Positions 39,327-49,752 of a stretch of 64,000 nucleotides of DNA are shown here, piece by piece. Source of the stretch: Nitrosopumilus sp. (GTDB lineage: Archaea > Thermoproteota > Nitrososphaeria > Nitrososphaerales > Nitrosopumilaceae); contig OY763927.2 of assembly GCA_963667665.2 (NCBI GenBank), positions 736,001 through 800,000 on the forward strand. Reading direction: 5' to 3'. The notes beneath the pieces are model-generated. The model was not told the DNA's origin. It did not search any database and saw only the letters and a program-made list of their open reading frames with translations. Position numbers and translations under genes: made by a program. Every line of letters starts with the position of its first letter. The first letter of the stretch is position 1.

Positions 39327-41051
39327 TTATTTTGAGCGAATCTTGTCTTGTATCTGAGCTAAGATTAGTTCTGCTTTGTTTTTGTTTTCATAGTTATCAG
39401 CGGAGTCATCAATTATCGCATCAATCTCAAAACTCTTATCGACCAAAATGTTTGCAACATGATCATCAAGGGTTCCATTTCCAATCAAGTAATATGCAAA
39501 GACAGTGTTCTTCTGACCAATTCTGTGAAGTCTATCTTCTGCTTGTCTATGAATTGCAGGACTCCAATCAAGTTCGGCAAAGATAACATATTTTGCTCTA
39601 GTCAAATTGATTCCAACATTTCCTGCACGAAGACCTGCAATCATTAGTTTTGATTCTCCATTTTGGAATTTGTCAATCTGATCCTGTCTAAATGAATCTG
39701 TTTGCCCTCCAATTATAGCAACAGGAGAAAATTCCTGAAGACTTTGATGAAGTAATTTATGAATTACCTTATGATGGCAAAACACGACAACACTTTCTTC
39801 AATTTCCATAATGTTTTTTACAAAATTAATTACATGAGTAAGTTTTGCAATACCAGCTATCTGTCTTTCACTTTGAATTGCTCGTTGATATGATGCAGAT
39901 TTCGAAAATTCAGTTTCTGCAACTTTTTGTTCTTCTTCAAGCTTCTTCCAGATTTTATCAAGTTCTTCAAGATAATAATCAGTGTCTGCTGCAATGACTT
40001 CTTTGTAACGAACTTTGTCTTTGAGTTCTTTTAAGACATCAGACTTTTTCCGTCTTAGCATAACATGTTTTTGTAATTCATGTCTAAGCGATGCTCGTTT
40101 ATTTTCTAAAACAATAGCCTTGCCTTTTTCATTGACATAGCAAAAGTACTCACAAAATTCTTTAAAACTTCCAAGTAATCCTGGTTTTATGATATCAATA
40201 ATTGGCCAAATTTCTGAACCTCGATTGTATATTGGAGTACCGGAAAGACCGATTCTATACAATACAGAAGGAGGTGCAGCAAGTTTTTTGACTGCCTTGT
40301 ATTTTTGGGTAGTTTTTGACCTTAAATTATGCACCTCATCACAAACTATAGTCTTTAGTCCAAGTTTTGCTAAATCAGGATTTCGTTTGAAAAGTAATTC
40401 ATAGTTGATTACGTAAATGTCAGACTTTGGAAGTTCTTTTAATTTTCCAGTTCGAATTAATGTGACACTTGGAGATTTTGATTCTAGAATTCGTCCATTC
40501 CTACTCTTTTTCTTTAGAAACTTTGCAATCTCTCTCTTCCAGTTTTGTAATGTAACTAAAGGTGCAATAACTAGTACAGGAAATGTTTGTTTTTCAGTAG
40601 CTACATAAGATAATGTTTCCACAGTTTTTCCTAAACCCATCTCATCAGCTAGTAATGCATTACCAGAAGATTTTAGTAAAAAGTCTAATCCTTCTTTTTG
40701 AAAATTTAAAAGCTTTCCACGAAATTGTGCACCAGCTCTTGCGCGTTTCAGTTTATGTTTAATTGGAGGCAAAACAGGTTTTGGCGCATAAGTCTTTATG
40801 ATTTTTCTTTGCCATACATATTTTGATAAAATTTCAAGAGGATATCTATCCATAATTAATTTGAGTTGTTTTACATTTTCAATGCTGTCAGGAATGATTA
40901 CTTCATTTGCATTTTCACCATACCAAGCTTCAGGAACAAGTCTTGAGATCATGTTTACAGCACGATCACCAGTAATTTTCCAACTATAGATTTTTGAATA
41001 TTTATCAAGAACATATTCCAACGTACCGATGGTTTCTAGAGATGTTTCCAT
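39327..41051 (-). CDS. SNF2-family helicase/ATPase (HARP/SMARCAL1-like)
   Basis: LLADEMGLGKT, DEVH, LSGTP, QAEDRLHRIGQ. Confidence 0.95.
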   Translation of the reverse strand: METSLETIGTLEYVLDKYSKIYSWKITGDRAVNMISRLVPEAWYGENANEVIIPDSIENVKQLKLIMDRYPLEILSKYVWQRKIIKTYAPKPVLPPIKHKLKRARAGAQFRGKLLNFQKEGLDFLLKSSGNALLADEMGLGKTVETLSYVATEKQTFPVLVIAPLVTLQNWKREIAKFLKKKSRNGRILESKSPSVTLIRTGKLKELPKSDIYVINYELLFKRNPDLAKLGLKTIVCDEVHNLRSKTTQKYKAVKKLAAPPSVLYRIGLSGTPIYNRGSEIWPIIDIIKPGLLGSFKEFCEYFCYVNEKGKAIVLENKRASLRHELQKHVMLRRKKSDVLKELKDKVRYKEVIAADTDYYLEELDKIWKKLEEEQKVAETEFSKSASYQRAIQSERQIAGIAKLTHVINFVKNIMEIEESVVVFCHHKVIHKLLHQSLQEFSPVAIIGGQTDSFRQDQIDKFQNGESKLMIAGLRAGNVGINLTRAKYVIFAELDWSPAIHRQAEDRLHRIGQKNTVFAYYLIGNGTLDDHVANILVDKSFEIDAIIDDSADNYENKNKAELILAQIQDKIRSK

Positions 41052-41246
41052 AATTTGTGGTTAAGATATTTTTTTGCCTTATGAATCTTTCATGTTTCTT
41101 TCGATCAGTGAATAATGAATTAAAATCTACAAGAGTTAAAATATGGGAAATTATAATTAAAGTAAAAATTTAGATTAAATCTCTAGGCTCAACATAGCAC
41201 AGTTTAGAATAACAAATAATTAATCAATAAATCTAACTTTAGGCAT

Positions 41247-41693
41247 ATGGTTGAAGAAGGTTTTTCCTGGATTTATCTGATCTTTTTCTTAATTCCACTA
41301 GTAAGAATTGTTCCTAGGTTAGTAAGAAAATGGAGAAAGGGAAAAGGTACATTTGATGAAAACCAGTTTACACAAAGTAATCCAGAAATAGAGAAAATGC
41401 CTGGGTCATTTGAAAGAACAGAGTCATTTGAAAAGGTAGATTCATTTGAAAAGCCAAAGTCTTTTGATAAACCACAAAACAAAGAGATGCAAGTTTTAGG
41501 GGAATTAAACAAAGGGATAAAAGATTTCAATAAAATTCAAAAAAATCTGGGCATAAGTAATCAAGAGTTAGAGAATATTTTAAAAAATCTAGAAGATCAA
41601 GATTTAATGAAAGTGGTAAAGAGAGGAGGACTAACTGGAACTAAAGTAGAACTATATCCAACTGATAAAGGCTTCAAAAGATATTATACTTGA
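41247..41693 (+). CDS. Membrane-anchored winged-helix protein
   Basis: N-terminal TM, SFEK repeats, C-terminal wHTH ending PTDKG. Confidence 0.75.
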   Translation: MVEEGFSWIYLIFFLIPLVRIVPRLVRKWRKGKGTFDENQFTQSNPEIEKMPGSFERTESFEKVDSFEKPKSFDKPQNKEMQVLGELNKGIKDFNKIQKNLGISNQELENILKNLEDQDLMKVVKRGGLTGTKVELYPTDKGFKRYYT

Positions 41694-41753
41694 GAAGGAC
41701 TCACAAATTTTCAAGTTGCATATGTTTAAAATCGATTGTATTTTAGAAAAATT

Positions 41754-42433
41754 ATGGAGTTTACTCAAAATGAAGACCCAACTGTTGAAAAACCAATTAT
41801 TTTTGCAGCAATGCAAGACATGGGAAACGTTGGAAGTATTGTAATAAATTTTATCAATGATTCTTTGAGAACAAAAACATTCAGAATTGCAAAAAATCCA
41901 TATCCAACATATGTAGTTGATAGAGGGGATATATTGAACTTCCAAATGAGAGTTGGGAATACAAGTATACAGATGACATGATAGTATTTGGGGGAGGAAA
42001 AGGACAGCCAAAAAGTAATAGTGAGATAAACGCTTTGTGTCAGGATGTAATTGATGTTGCAAAAAAATATTCTGCAAAGTTCATCTATACGTTTGGAGGT
42101 TTTCACACTAACAGATTTTTAGATAATAATCCCAAAACATTCATCACTACAACATCTATTGAACTTACAAAACAAATGGAAGGGCTCAATGTAGAGATAA
42201 CTCCTCAAAAATCAATAATTACAGGATTCAACGGATTGATTCTAGGATTTGCAAAGAAAAATGGAATTCATGGAATTGGAATGTATGGAGAATTAAATGA
42301 ACCAGAGTTTCCACAGTATAGAGCAGCAATTAGCATAATCAAAATCCTTGAAAAATTAACTTACAGAAAGTTGGGAGATACAAGCCAGTTAGAAGCAATG
42401 GCACAAGATATTGAAAGAAAATTCAAGAATTGA
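41754..42433 (+). pseudogene. PAC2-family proteasome assembly chaperone, frameshifted
   Basis: QDMGNVG N-terminus; 1-bp deficit in G4 at 41925-41928; other frame continues GYIELPNESWEYKYTDDMIVFGGG...ITGFNGLILG. Confidence 0.8.
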
Positions 42434-42435
42434 GA

Positions 42436-42570
42436 TTAGTGAGATTTTCCAGTAGGATGAGGCGCTGTATTCTCATCATGGCAATCACAGGAACATAGAT
42501 GTGTTTTGTGATTATTCATGCAATCAATACACTCGAAGTGCTTTCTTGTCTCACATGCAGCGCAAATCAT
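42436..42570 (-). CDS. Cys/His-rich microprotein (44 aa)
   Basis: Manual translation MICAACETRKHFECIDCMNNHKTHLCSCDCHDENTAPHPTGKSH. Confidence 0.65.
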   Translation of the reverse strand: MICAACETRKHFECIDCMNNHKTHLCSCDCHDENTAPHPTGKSH

Positions 42571-42729
42571 CTACTAGTCATTAGATATAGGGTGTTTAAG
42601 AATTAGTTGGGATTTAACATATGACTTAGTTTCAAGTACAAAAATGAGTAAAATTACTCAAATTAAATTGAAAAATGGATAATTTTTCTTCATACTTTGT
42701 CTTAACAACAAAAATCAAAAGAATTTCAT

Positions 42730-43650
42730 GTGTTCAATAGCAAGGTAGTACTAATCGGATTATTCTCATTTTTGATGTTATTTTCATTCATTCCAACTTC
42801 AGAAGCAGAACTGTGGGAATTAGTTGTAGATGTGAATGTGGAGAAAGAAGCCATTCAGTACGGAGAAACACTGGTGATTTCAGGAACAATAGTTGACCAC
42901 GCATACAAACCAATGAGAGGTGTAGAAGTATTCATAAGAGCAGGATCAGATACCACGAAAGCATTTACTAATCCAGAAGGAGAGTTCAGAGGAGAAATCA
43001 GAGATTTTCAACGAATTTCAGGAATATACAAAGTTAATGTGATTGCATCATGGTATGGTATGACAGGATTAACAAGCACAGAATTTCGGGTAAATGGGGA
43101 TGTATCTCAAGTTTCTGCATTACAAGAAAAATTATCCACAGATGAAGCAAGAAAATATCTAAGCTCAAATGAAAGTGATTTTGAGAAAAATCCCATTGGT
43201 CAAACTTTATTCAAATACTATCATGGATTACTTGATGAATTAATCCAAGAACAGAAAGAAAGTAGAGAACTAATAGCAGAACAAATTTACCTAGAACAAC
43301 AACGAAGGATTGCCGAAGATCTAAGAAATCAAGCTATTGAATTCTACAATCCAAGTGCTGGAACATATAGCGGATACCAATATGAACAATACATTAACAG
43401 TCTTAATCCAGAAATTAGAGACCTAGTTGCAAGCCAACTCAACTTTACAAAGAACACATTTGAAGAAGCACAAAAAACCAGAGACGAAATTCTTGCCAAT
43501 GGTGGAACATATGAAGAAGCAAGACAGGTATTTCTTAACATGATTTCAATTCCAAAAGAAATGCTTGAGAAATTCAATCAAGAAAGCATAGAGGAAAAAT
43601 CAGAACAAAGTCAGGACGATAATCAAACTGAAGAAGGTTCAGAGAATTAA
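42730..43650 (+). CDS. Secreted protein (Ig-like + helical)
   Basis: Signal peptide to SEA; 306 aa. Confidence 0.8.
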   Translation: MFNSKVVLIGLFSFLMLFSFIPTSEAELWELVVDVNVEKEAIQYGETLVISGTIVDHAYKPMRGVEVFIRAGSDTTKAFTNPEGEFRGEIRDFQRISGIYKVNVIASWYGMTGLTSTEFRVNGDVSQVSALQEKLSTDEARKYLSSNESDFEKNPIGQTLFKYYHGLLDELIQEQKESRELIAEQIYLEQQRRIAEDLRNQAIEFYNPSAGTYSGYQYEQYINSLNPEIRDLVASQLNFTKNTFEEAQKTRDEILANGGTYEEARQVFLNMISIPKEMLEKFNQESIEEKSEQSQDDNQTEEGSEN

Positions 43651-43707
43651 TGAACGATTGATAAATTCTACGCGCGCCTTATATTCAAAATTCCATAACA
43701 TAATTTG

Positions 43708-43875
43708 ATGAAAATAGATATTCCATTACCTTGCCCATCTTGTGGCGGAAAAATGTGTTCTGTAAGTTACGAGTCAGCATTTGCAATTCTTAAGACAAGA
43801 AGTTGGCAAGTATGTAAAGAATGCAATTTCGAGAGAAATTCTGAAGATTTCAAAAAATCTATCTGCTGTGTATAA
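43708..43875 (+). CDS. Zinc-ribbon microprotein (55 aa)
   Basis: Manual translation MKIDIPLPCPSCGGKM...WQVCKECNFER...SICCV. Confidence 0.7.
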   Translation: MKIDIPLPCPSCGGKMCSVSYESAFAILKTRSWQVCKECNFERNSEDFKKSICCV

Positions 43876-43932
43876 CAGCATTTTTTATTTTTCTAAACAA
43901 TTTTTAAGCCATTTCAGGCACAAAAAAGGGAA

Positions 43933-44268
43933 TTGAAGATATATCACAAATCAACATGTATCACATGTAAAAAAGCAATCAGTACGATTAAGAGAATGAA
44001 TGCAGATATTGAAAAAAGAGACTTTTTCAAAGACCCATTTTCAGAAATAGAGTTAAAAAAGATCATCAAAATGACAGGAAAAAAGCCTTCAGAACTTCTT
44101 AGAAAAAGAGATAAAATGTTCAAAGAATTAAACTTGGAAAATAACAAAAAGACAGATTCTCAGATAATCAAATTAATGGTAAAATATCCAGGGTTAATTT
44201 TGAGGCCAATTGTAATTATAAAAAACAAAGCATTTGTTGGAAAGATAGATGTAAAGAGTCTGAAATAA
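43933..44268 (+). CDS. ArsC/Spx family protein
   Basis: IYHKSTCITCKKA...PGLILRPI. Confidence 0.9.
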   Translation: MKIYHKSTCITCKKAISTIKRMNADIEKRDFFKDPFSEIELKKIIKMTGKKPSELLRKRDKMFKELNLENNKKTDSQIIKLMVKYPGLILRPIVIIKNKAFVGKIDVKSLK

Positions 44269-44269
44269 T

Positions 44270-44515
44270 CTAAGATTGATTTTCTTGTTTGAAGATTCTA
44301 ATTGCTTCCAAGTGAGAGCAATTTGCCTTTAGCCCCTTACCATGATGAAACTTGTAGAAATTTTTGAACCCAAGACATTCACATGTATTAGAGGTTACAA
44401 AATATGACTGGTCAGGATTAGATGAAGATTTTATCTGAAACAAGTCATCTTCAATTTTAACAACACCACCACTTTCAACAAGTTTTTTTGCCTTTTTGAT
44501 AGTATTTGCACTCAT
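44270..44515 (-). CDS. SWIM zinc-finger protein
   Basis: CECLGF...CSHLEA. Confidence 0.8.
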   Translation of the reverse strand: MSANTIKKAKKLVESGGVVKIEDDLFQIKSSSNPDQSYFVTSNTCECLGFKNFYKFHHGKGLKANCSHLEAIRIFKQENQS

Positions 44516-44680
44516 AGTTAGACAAAGATCTTATCATTTTTTATTCTTTAATTTTTATGAATTACCTATTATTCATCATACAAAAATTAGTTCAAAACAG
44601 ATTAGAATATTCTAGTTTCAAATGAAGATATTTTCATAATTTCATAAAATACTTAAATGATATTATGCAGTACATTATTT

Positions 44681-44744
44681 AGACGAGAGGTTTGCTTTTC
44701 TGCCTAGAAGAGTGCCTAGAGTTCGTACGCTCCCGTCTTTTTTT
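44681..44744 (+). ncRNA. Candidate small structured RNA
   Basis: GC-richer 60 nt with closing stem AGACGAGAG/CTCCCGTCT, inner hairpin, upstream TTAAAT, downstream T7. Confidence 0.3.
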
Positions 44745-44797
44745 CTACAAAGTCAAATCTAAGTCATGTGCTAATTGTTATAAACTAATTTCATTAC

Positions 44798-45862
44798 TTG
44801 AGATTGTTGGGTCTGAAGAGATACGTAGCCACAAGAATGGTAACAATGTTTGGAGTTTTGATGATTACACTGCTGATTACAATCGCTCTTGTAGGTTCTA
44901 ACATGGATATAATACTGAAACAAGGAATTGTCTTCCAGGTAAGATCAGAGATAACGGAGGATCCAACTATAGCCCAAAGCTTTTCATCAGTTAAAGAGTT
45001 TGAAGCTTTTGTTCAAAGTCAGATAGATCAAAGAATTCAGATTTTGGGGTTAGATGAACCATGGTATTCTCCTCAAAGAATTGGCGTCACAATGTATAAA
45101 ATACTGCTTCTAGATTTTGGAAATGCAACATTTCTTATTAGTGATTCTGGTTCATCGGATGTCAAAGACATAATCTTAGAGAAACTTCCAAGAACAATTC
45201 TGCTTTTTACAACAGCCACAATAATTATCTCAATTATAGGAATATTTCTTGGCGCATTATCTAGCAGCAAGGTGGGCTCCATTGTGGATAGAGTAACATC
45301 AAGTTTTGCAATAATTAGTTCTAGTTTTCCTGTATGGTGGATTGGAATGTTAATGATATTCCTTTTTGCATTTACGTACCAGATATTTCCTGCAAGGGCA
45401 ACTCCAGATATTCCAGCATCAGATCCAGGATACATCGGTGCATTGTTGTATCACATGACACTACCATTAATTACAATTGTAATGATTGGTTTTGGTTCAT
45501 GGGCATACTTGGTAAGAAATTTCATGGTAGGAATTATGCAAGAAGATTTCATCATGGCAAAAAAAACAATTGGTATCAAGCAAAAAAAAATTATCTACAC
45601 TCATGCTCTAAAAAATGCAGCCCCGCCAATTGTAACAATTTTGGCACTTAGTTTATCAGGCTCACTTGGTGGTGCAATTATCACAGAAGCAGTCTTTGAT
45701 TGGCCAGGTATGGGAAGACTATACTTTGAGGCAATTACAGTAATGGACCTACCAATCATTATTGGCTCCACATACATTCTCACAGTATTTTTCCTTGTAA
45801 GCATATTCATTGCAGACTTACTTTACGGCTATTTTGATCCAAGAGTGAGGACAGGCCAATGA
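44798..45862 (+). CDS. Oligopeptide/dipeptide ABC permease (OppB/DppB-like)
   Basis: LLDFG, FPVWW, HALKNA, ITEAVFDWPGMG, DPRVR. Confidence 0.92.
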   Translation: MRLLGLKRYVATRMVTMFGVLMITLLITIALVGSNMDIILKQGIVFQVRSEITEDPTIAQSFSSVKEFEAFVQSQIDQRIQILGLDEPWYSPQRIGVTMYKILLLDFGNATFLISDSGSSDVKDIILEKLPRTILLFTTATIIISIIGIFLGALSSSKVGSIVDRVTSSFAIISSSFPVWWIGMLMIFLFAFTYQIFPARATPDIPASDPGYIGALLYHMTLPLITIVMIGFGSWAYLVRNFMVGIMQEDFIMAKKTIGIKQKKIIYTHALKNAAPPIVTILALSLSGSLGGAIITEAVFDWPGMGRLYFEAITVMDLPIIIGSTYILTVFFLVSIFIADLLYGYFDPRVRTGQ

Positions 45863-47226
45863 ATAGTATAAGTCCTCAGGAAATAAAACGAGAATTTCTA
45901 AAAAGTAAGATGGGGATTGCAGGAATTACGATTCTGTCAATACTCATTGTAACATCAATTATTGCCATTATTGCAATTCCACTTGAGACATTTCAAGAAT
46001 GGAACAATCCTGGTCATTGGATTTCATATCCAAAGGTTGCAATTCCAATTTGGGTGAACCTCTTTATGACAGAGAAAATTCCAGAGCATAAAATCTTAGA
46101 AACCCCAAATATTCAAATGAATTCTCAAGGAAATATTTTACTCACATCACACCAGTTTGGGTTGAATTATAATTATGATGAATTTCCAAATGATTTTATC
46201 TATGAATTTTCATCAGAATATTCTGGCTCTCCCTTATTACAAATGACAGTGATTAGGCCTGACGGTATTAAACTAGAATTGATAACAACATCTCTACCAT
46301 TCTCAAATTCAAAAACAATTCATAGTGAAAGAATTTTTTCAACAGATAATGCAATAAAGAAAAACTTGTCATTACAATCAGAACAATTTGCATTTACACT
46401 AGATAAGTTATCAGCTGAAGACATTGTTTTTTCAAAAACTCAAATAAATGAATCTCTAAAAGGAAACTATATTTTTTCAATTGACGTGTATTCAGTAAAT
46501 TCAGATGTACTTATTCCTGAATCAAAACTAATCATTGGAGGTAAAGCTTTTGGAATAATGGGAACTGATGAATTAAGACGTGATTTAGCGATAGGATTGT
46601 TGTGGGGTACGCCACTTGCATTGTTTATTGGCATTGTTGTTGCAATTGCATCAGTCGTTATGGGATTACTCTACGGAGTATATGCAGGATTCAAGGGCAA
46701 AAAAACAGATGAGACAATGATGAGATTTAATGATGTAATCTATGCATTGCCAGTACTTCCATTTCTCATCATACTTTCAGTGACAATTAGTAATAGCATA
46801 TTTGTGATGGTTGGATTTTTGATGATGTTTGGGTGGGTAGGAATTGCAAAAGTATCAAGAAGTATGTCACTTCAAATCAAGACTCGAGGCTATGTTGAAG
46901 CTGCAAACATGATGGGGCAAAAAGACTCCAAAATAATTCTCAAGCACATCGTACCACAATTACTGCCTTATGCATTTGCAAGTATTGCAATATCAGTTCC
47001 TGCTGCAATCACTACAGAAGCTGGTCTTAGTTTTTTGGGATTAGGTGATCCATCGTTTCCAACATGGGGGCAAATACTACATGATGCAAATACATTTGGT
47101 GCAGCAGCAAGAGGATTATGGTGGTGGATAATGCCCCCAGGAGTAATGATTGCCATTACTGGTCTTGCATTTGTCTTTATTGGTAATGCACTTGATGTAA
47201 TAGTGAATCCAAAGTTAAAACGATAA
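45859..47226 (+). CDS. Oligopeptide/dipeptide ABC permease (OppC/DppC-like)
   Basis: MGTDELRRD, YVEAA, EAGLSFLGLG, PTWG. Confidence 0.92.
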   Translation: MNSISPQEIKREFLKSKMGIAGITILSILIVTSIIAIIAIPLETFQEWNNPGHWISYPKVAIPIWVNLFMTEKIPEHKILETPNIQMNSQGNILLTSHQFGLNYNYDEFPNDFIYEFSSEYSGSPLLQMTVIRPDGIKLELITTSLPFSNSKTIHSERIFSTDNAIKKNLSLQSEQFAFTLDKLSAEDIVFSKTQINESLKGNYIFSIDVYSVNSDVLIPESKLIIGGKAFGIMGTDELRRDLAIGLLWGTPLALFIGIVVAIASVVMGLLYGVYAGFKGKKTDETMMRFNDVIYALPVLPFLIILSVTISNSIFVMVGFLMMFGWVGIAKVSRSMSLQIKTRGYVEAANMMGQKDSKIILKHIVPQLLPYAFASIAISVPAAITTEAGLSFLGLGDPSFPTWGQILHDANTFGAAARGLWWWIMPPGVMIAITGLAFVFIGNALDVIVNPKLKR

Positions 47227-47231
47227 TAAAA

Positions 47232-47549
47232 TTAGAGGTCAAATTTTCGAATTAATTCAATAGCACCATCATTCAATTTTATTGAATAGCAGAATGAATT
47301 TTCATCATTGAATGCTGCCAACTTGTTAGCAAATACTTTTTTGCTGTGACCGCCATATGATGCTGTGTCTGATTCATCAAAGCAAATAGTCATTTGTTTC
47401 ATTTTAAGATTATTTTTTAGAAGAAAAGCAATGAACTTTTTGTAATTTTCAGTAACAAACCAGTCTATATTTTTTTCTTGACTTGCTCCAATCCATATCT
47501 CAATAGAGTTTTGGTATAGAACCTTTTTTCTTAATTCTTCTAATGCCAT
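47232..47549 (-). CDS. Hypothetical protein
   Basis: Start moved to MALEELRKK (47549). Confidence 0.65.
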   Translation of the reverse strand: MALEELRKKVLYQNSIEIWIGASQEKNIDWFVTENYKKFIAFLLKNNLKMKQMTICFDESDTASYGGHSKKVFANKLAAFNDENSFCYSIKLNDGAIELIRKFDL

Positions 47550-47562
47550 CTTTCTTTCACAA

Positions 47563-47886
47563 TTAAAAATCAGCACGTTGCATCTTTGATCCACATCGTG
47601 GACAAGTACCGCCTTTGTGTTTGTTGTTACAAACTAGACAAACATATTTTACTTTACCAGAACCGTCTTGTGAACCCATTCCAAAGAACCCACCACCTCT
47701 TGTTTCAGAATCACCGCCATAACCACGCATACGATTCATGTATCGTCTTCTTAGAAATAATGGAAATGCAATAAAAATTCCTAGTGCAGCTGCTAAACCA
47801 TATGGAAATGGAAGAACCATTTGTAATCCAATACTAATAACTAGTGAAGCAGCTAAGAAAACCAAATAAGACTTGTAATTAAACAA
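47563..47886 (-). CDS. Membrane protein with C-terminal zinc ribbon
   Basis: Two TMs; CLVC...CPRCGS. Confidence 0.8.
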   Translation of the reverse strand: MFNYKSYLVFLAASLVISIGLQMVLPFPYGLAAALGIFIAFPLFLRRRYMNRMRGYGGDSETRGGGFFGMGSQDGSGKVKYVCLVCNNKHKGGTCPRCGSKMQRADF

Positions 47887-47955
47887 TTCATTAAAAGTAT
47901 CTTAAAAAAGGTTATAAAGCTTTGTCAGTATTTTTTGGATTTTTCATGAAGCATT

Positions 47956-48363
47956 TTACAAATTTTGTATAATTGAAAGAGGAATAGAATTTCCACTACT
48001 ATCCCATGCAAAAATTGAATCATCATCATATGGAGATTTTACAATTAGAGACACTAATCCAAAGAAATTATGCAAGTCAGTTACAGAAGGTTCTGCTGAA
48101 CCACTTGGGTGAGAATGAACAATTCCCAGATAGCTCATATCAAATGGTAAAAAAGAATGAGGAAATCCTGCAAATGTTGGACCAGTCTCACTAAAAGGAG
48201 GAATTACAAGTCCATCTATTTTTATTTCTCCATTTTTGGATTTACCTTTTAATATCAAGATTCCTTCGTTTGGATGTTTCATTTTACAATAAGATAAGAT
48301 ACTATCAAGTACATCTTTTTGTAGTGAGACTTTACGCTCAAATTTTTTCTTCTTGAAAATCAT
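47956..48363 (-). CDS. JAMM/MPN+ metalloprotease
   Basis: HPNEG and HSHPSGSAEPSVTD (HxH-x7-S-x2-D). Confidence 0.92.
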   Translation of the reverse strand: MIFKKKKFERKVSLQKDVLDSILSYCKMKHPNEGILILKGKSKNGEIKIDGLVIPPFSETGPTFAGFPHSFLPFDMSYLGIVHSHPSGSAEPSVTDLHNFFGLVSLIVKSPYDDDSIFAWDSSGNSIPLSIIQNL

Positions 48364-48394
48364 AGAAAGTCTTCAGTTTTCAACTAATTTAATT

Positions 48395-49675
48395 TTAAGG
48401 AGACATCACAGAATATTTTGTATTTGAGAATTGTCTTAGTTTATCTTCAATTTCAGATACAAGTTTTGGGATTTTGGAATCAATCTCATCTATTTCGCCA
48501 TGAAAAGTTTCTGATTTGAGTTTTGAGTCTTCCTTAAATGAGAGGTTTTTGGCTAATTCACGTTCCAAAGATACAAGTTCGCTAGGACTAAGTGAATCTA
48601 GATCATGTTTCATTTTTTTATATTCTTCTAAATATTCAGAAATCTGTTTTACAAATCCATCAATTGCTTCCTCAGTTTCTGTAATCAAAGATAACGATTT
48701 ATCAACATCTTTTACAGAAATAGAGCCAGAAGAAATTCCTTTTTTTACATTTTCTAAAATTAAAATAACAGAATCTTTAGTTTCAGGAAGAAGTACATTA
48801 AACGGATCCTTAACTAATTCTGCTAAGATATTTTTTTGGTCTTTGTCTAAAGAAGAGCCATATTCATATCTACTAAGAGGGCGAGAGATTTTTGTAAATT
48901 GTGTATCAATGCCATTTTTTATCTTTGATTTTTTAACACTAAACATATCTAAAGTATTTTTCAAATCAACATATTTTTTGTAATTATCAGAAGACTTTAT
49001 CTCTTCAATTGAATTCTGTAATGTTAAAATTTTTTCATCTAGTGATTGTTCAATCTGATTTGTATTTCCAATCTTTTGACTTTTTTCTAATTGGGTCTCC
49101 TTTAGAGTTTTAATTTGATTTACTGCATCAGTTATTTCATCAGAAGCAGATTTTATAGAATCATAGTTTTTGAGTAGTCTATGAATCTCATCTTGATTTT
49201 TGTTCATAACTTCAAGATTTACTTTTAATTGAGTTGCATATTTTTTTGCAAAAATATGAATTACTCTGGTTTGTCTTCCTAAAACATCACCTATTTTTTT
49301 GAGAATTTGATTTAGTGTAGAGTTTAGTTTTTTTGCATCATCAAACGATAAGATTTCTGGGAGATGTGTAACATCTTTTTTAATAACATCAATTACCTGT
49401 TTTTTACCTCTAACCACAATAGTTGCAAGATGTTTGTCAATATCATCAACATTGAGATTATCTTTTTCAAGAACATTTCCTATTTTCATCAGATCATCTA
49501 TCAGGGGTGCTGTATTGTTTCTCAGGTGTTTTATCTCAGTGAGAAGCTGAGATTGTCGTAATTGAATAAGATCAGTCACAATTTTTTGGACATCAGTAAG
49601 TTGTATCTCTTTGTTTTCAGGAGTTTCTACGATTGATTTTTCTTCTTGTTTCTTTTTCCCCCAGCCAAATACCAT
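48395..49675 (-). CDS. Coiled-coil hypothetical protein
   Basis: 426-aa heptad-rich ORF. Confidence 0.75.
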   Translation of the reverse strand: MVFGWGKKKQEEKSIVETPENKEIQLTDVQKIVTDLIQLRQSQLLTEIKHLRNNTAPLIDDLMKIGNVLEKDNLNVDDIDKHLATIVVRGKKQVIDVIKKDVTHLPEILSFDDAKKLNSTLNQILKKIGDVLGRQTRVIHIFAKKYATQLKVNLEVMNKNQDEIHRLLKNYDSIKSASDEITDAVNQIKTLKETQLEKSQKIGNTNQIEQSLDEKILTLQNSIEEIKSSDNYKKYVDLKNTLDMFSVKKSKIKNGIDTQFTKISRPLSRYEYGSSLDKDQKNILAELVKDPFNVLLPETKDSVILILENVKKGISSGSISVKDVDKSLSLITETEEAIDGFVKQISEYLEEYKKMKHDLDSLSPSELVSLERELAKNLSFKEDSKLKSETFHGEIDEIDSKIPKLVSEIEDKLRQFSNTKYSVMSP

Positions 49676-49752
49676 TTTCTTTTATTATTTTATGGGGATT
49701 AAAAATGGTTGTACAACTAAAATTTAAAATTCATTAGTTTTCAGGTATTCAT

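Noticed and set aside
44681-44744. tRNA gene (GAGTTCG resembles a T-loop)
   Set aside because: Too short; no D arm or canonical cloverleaf
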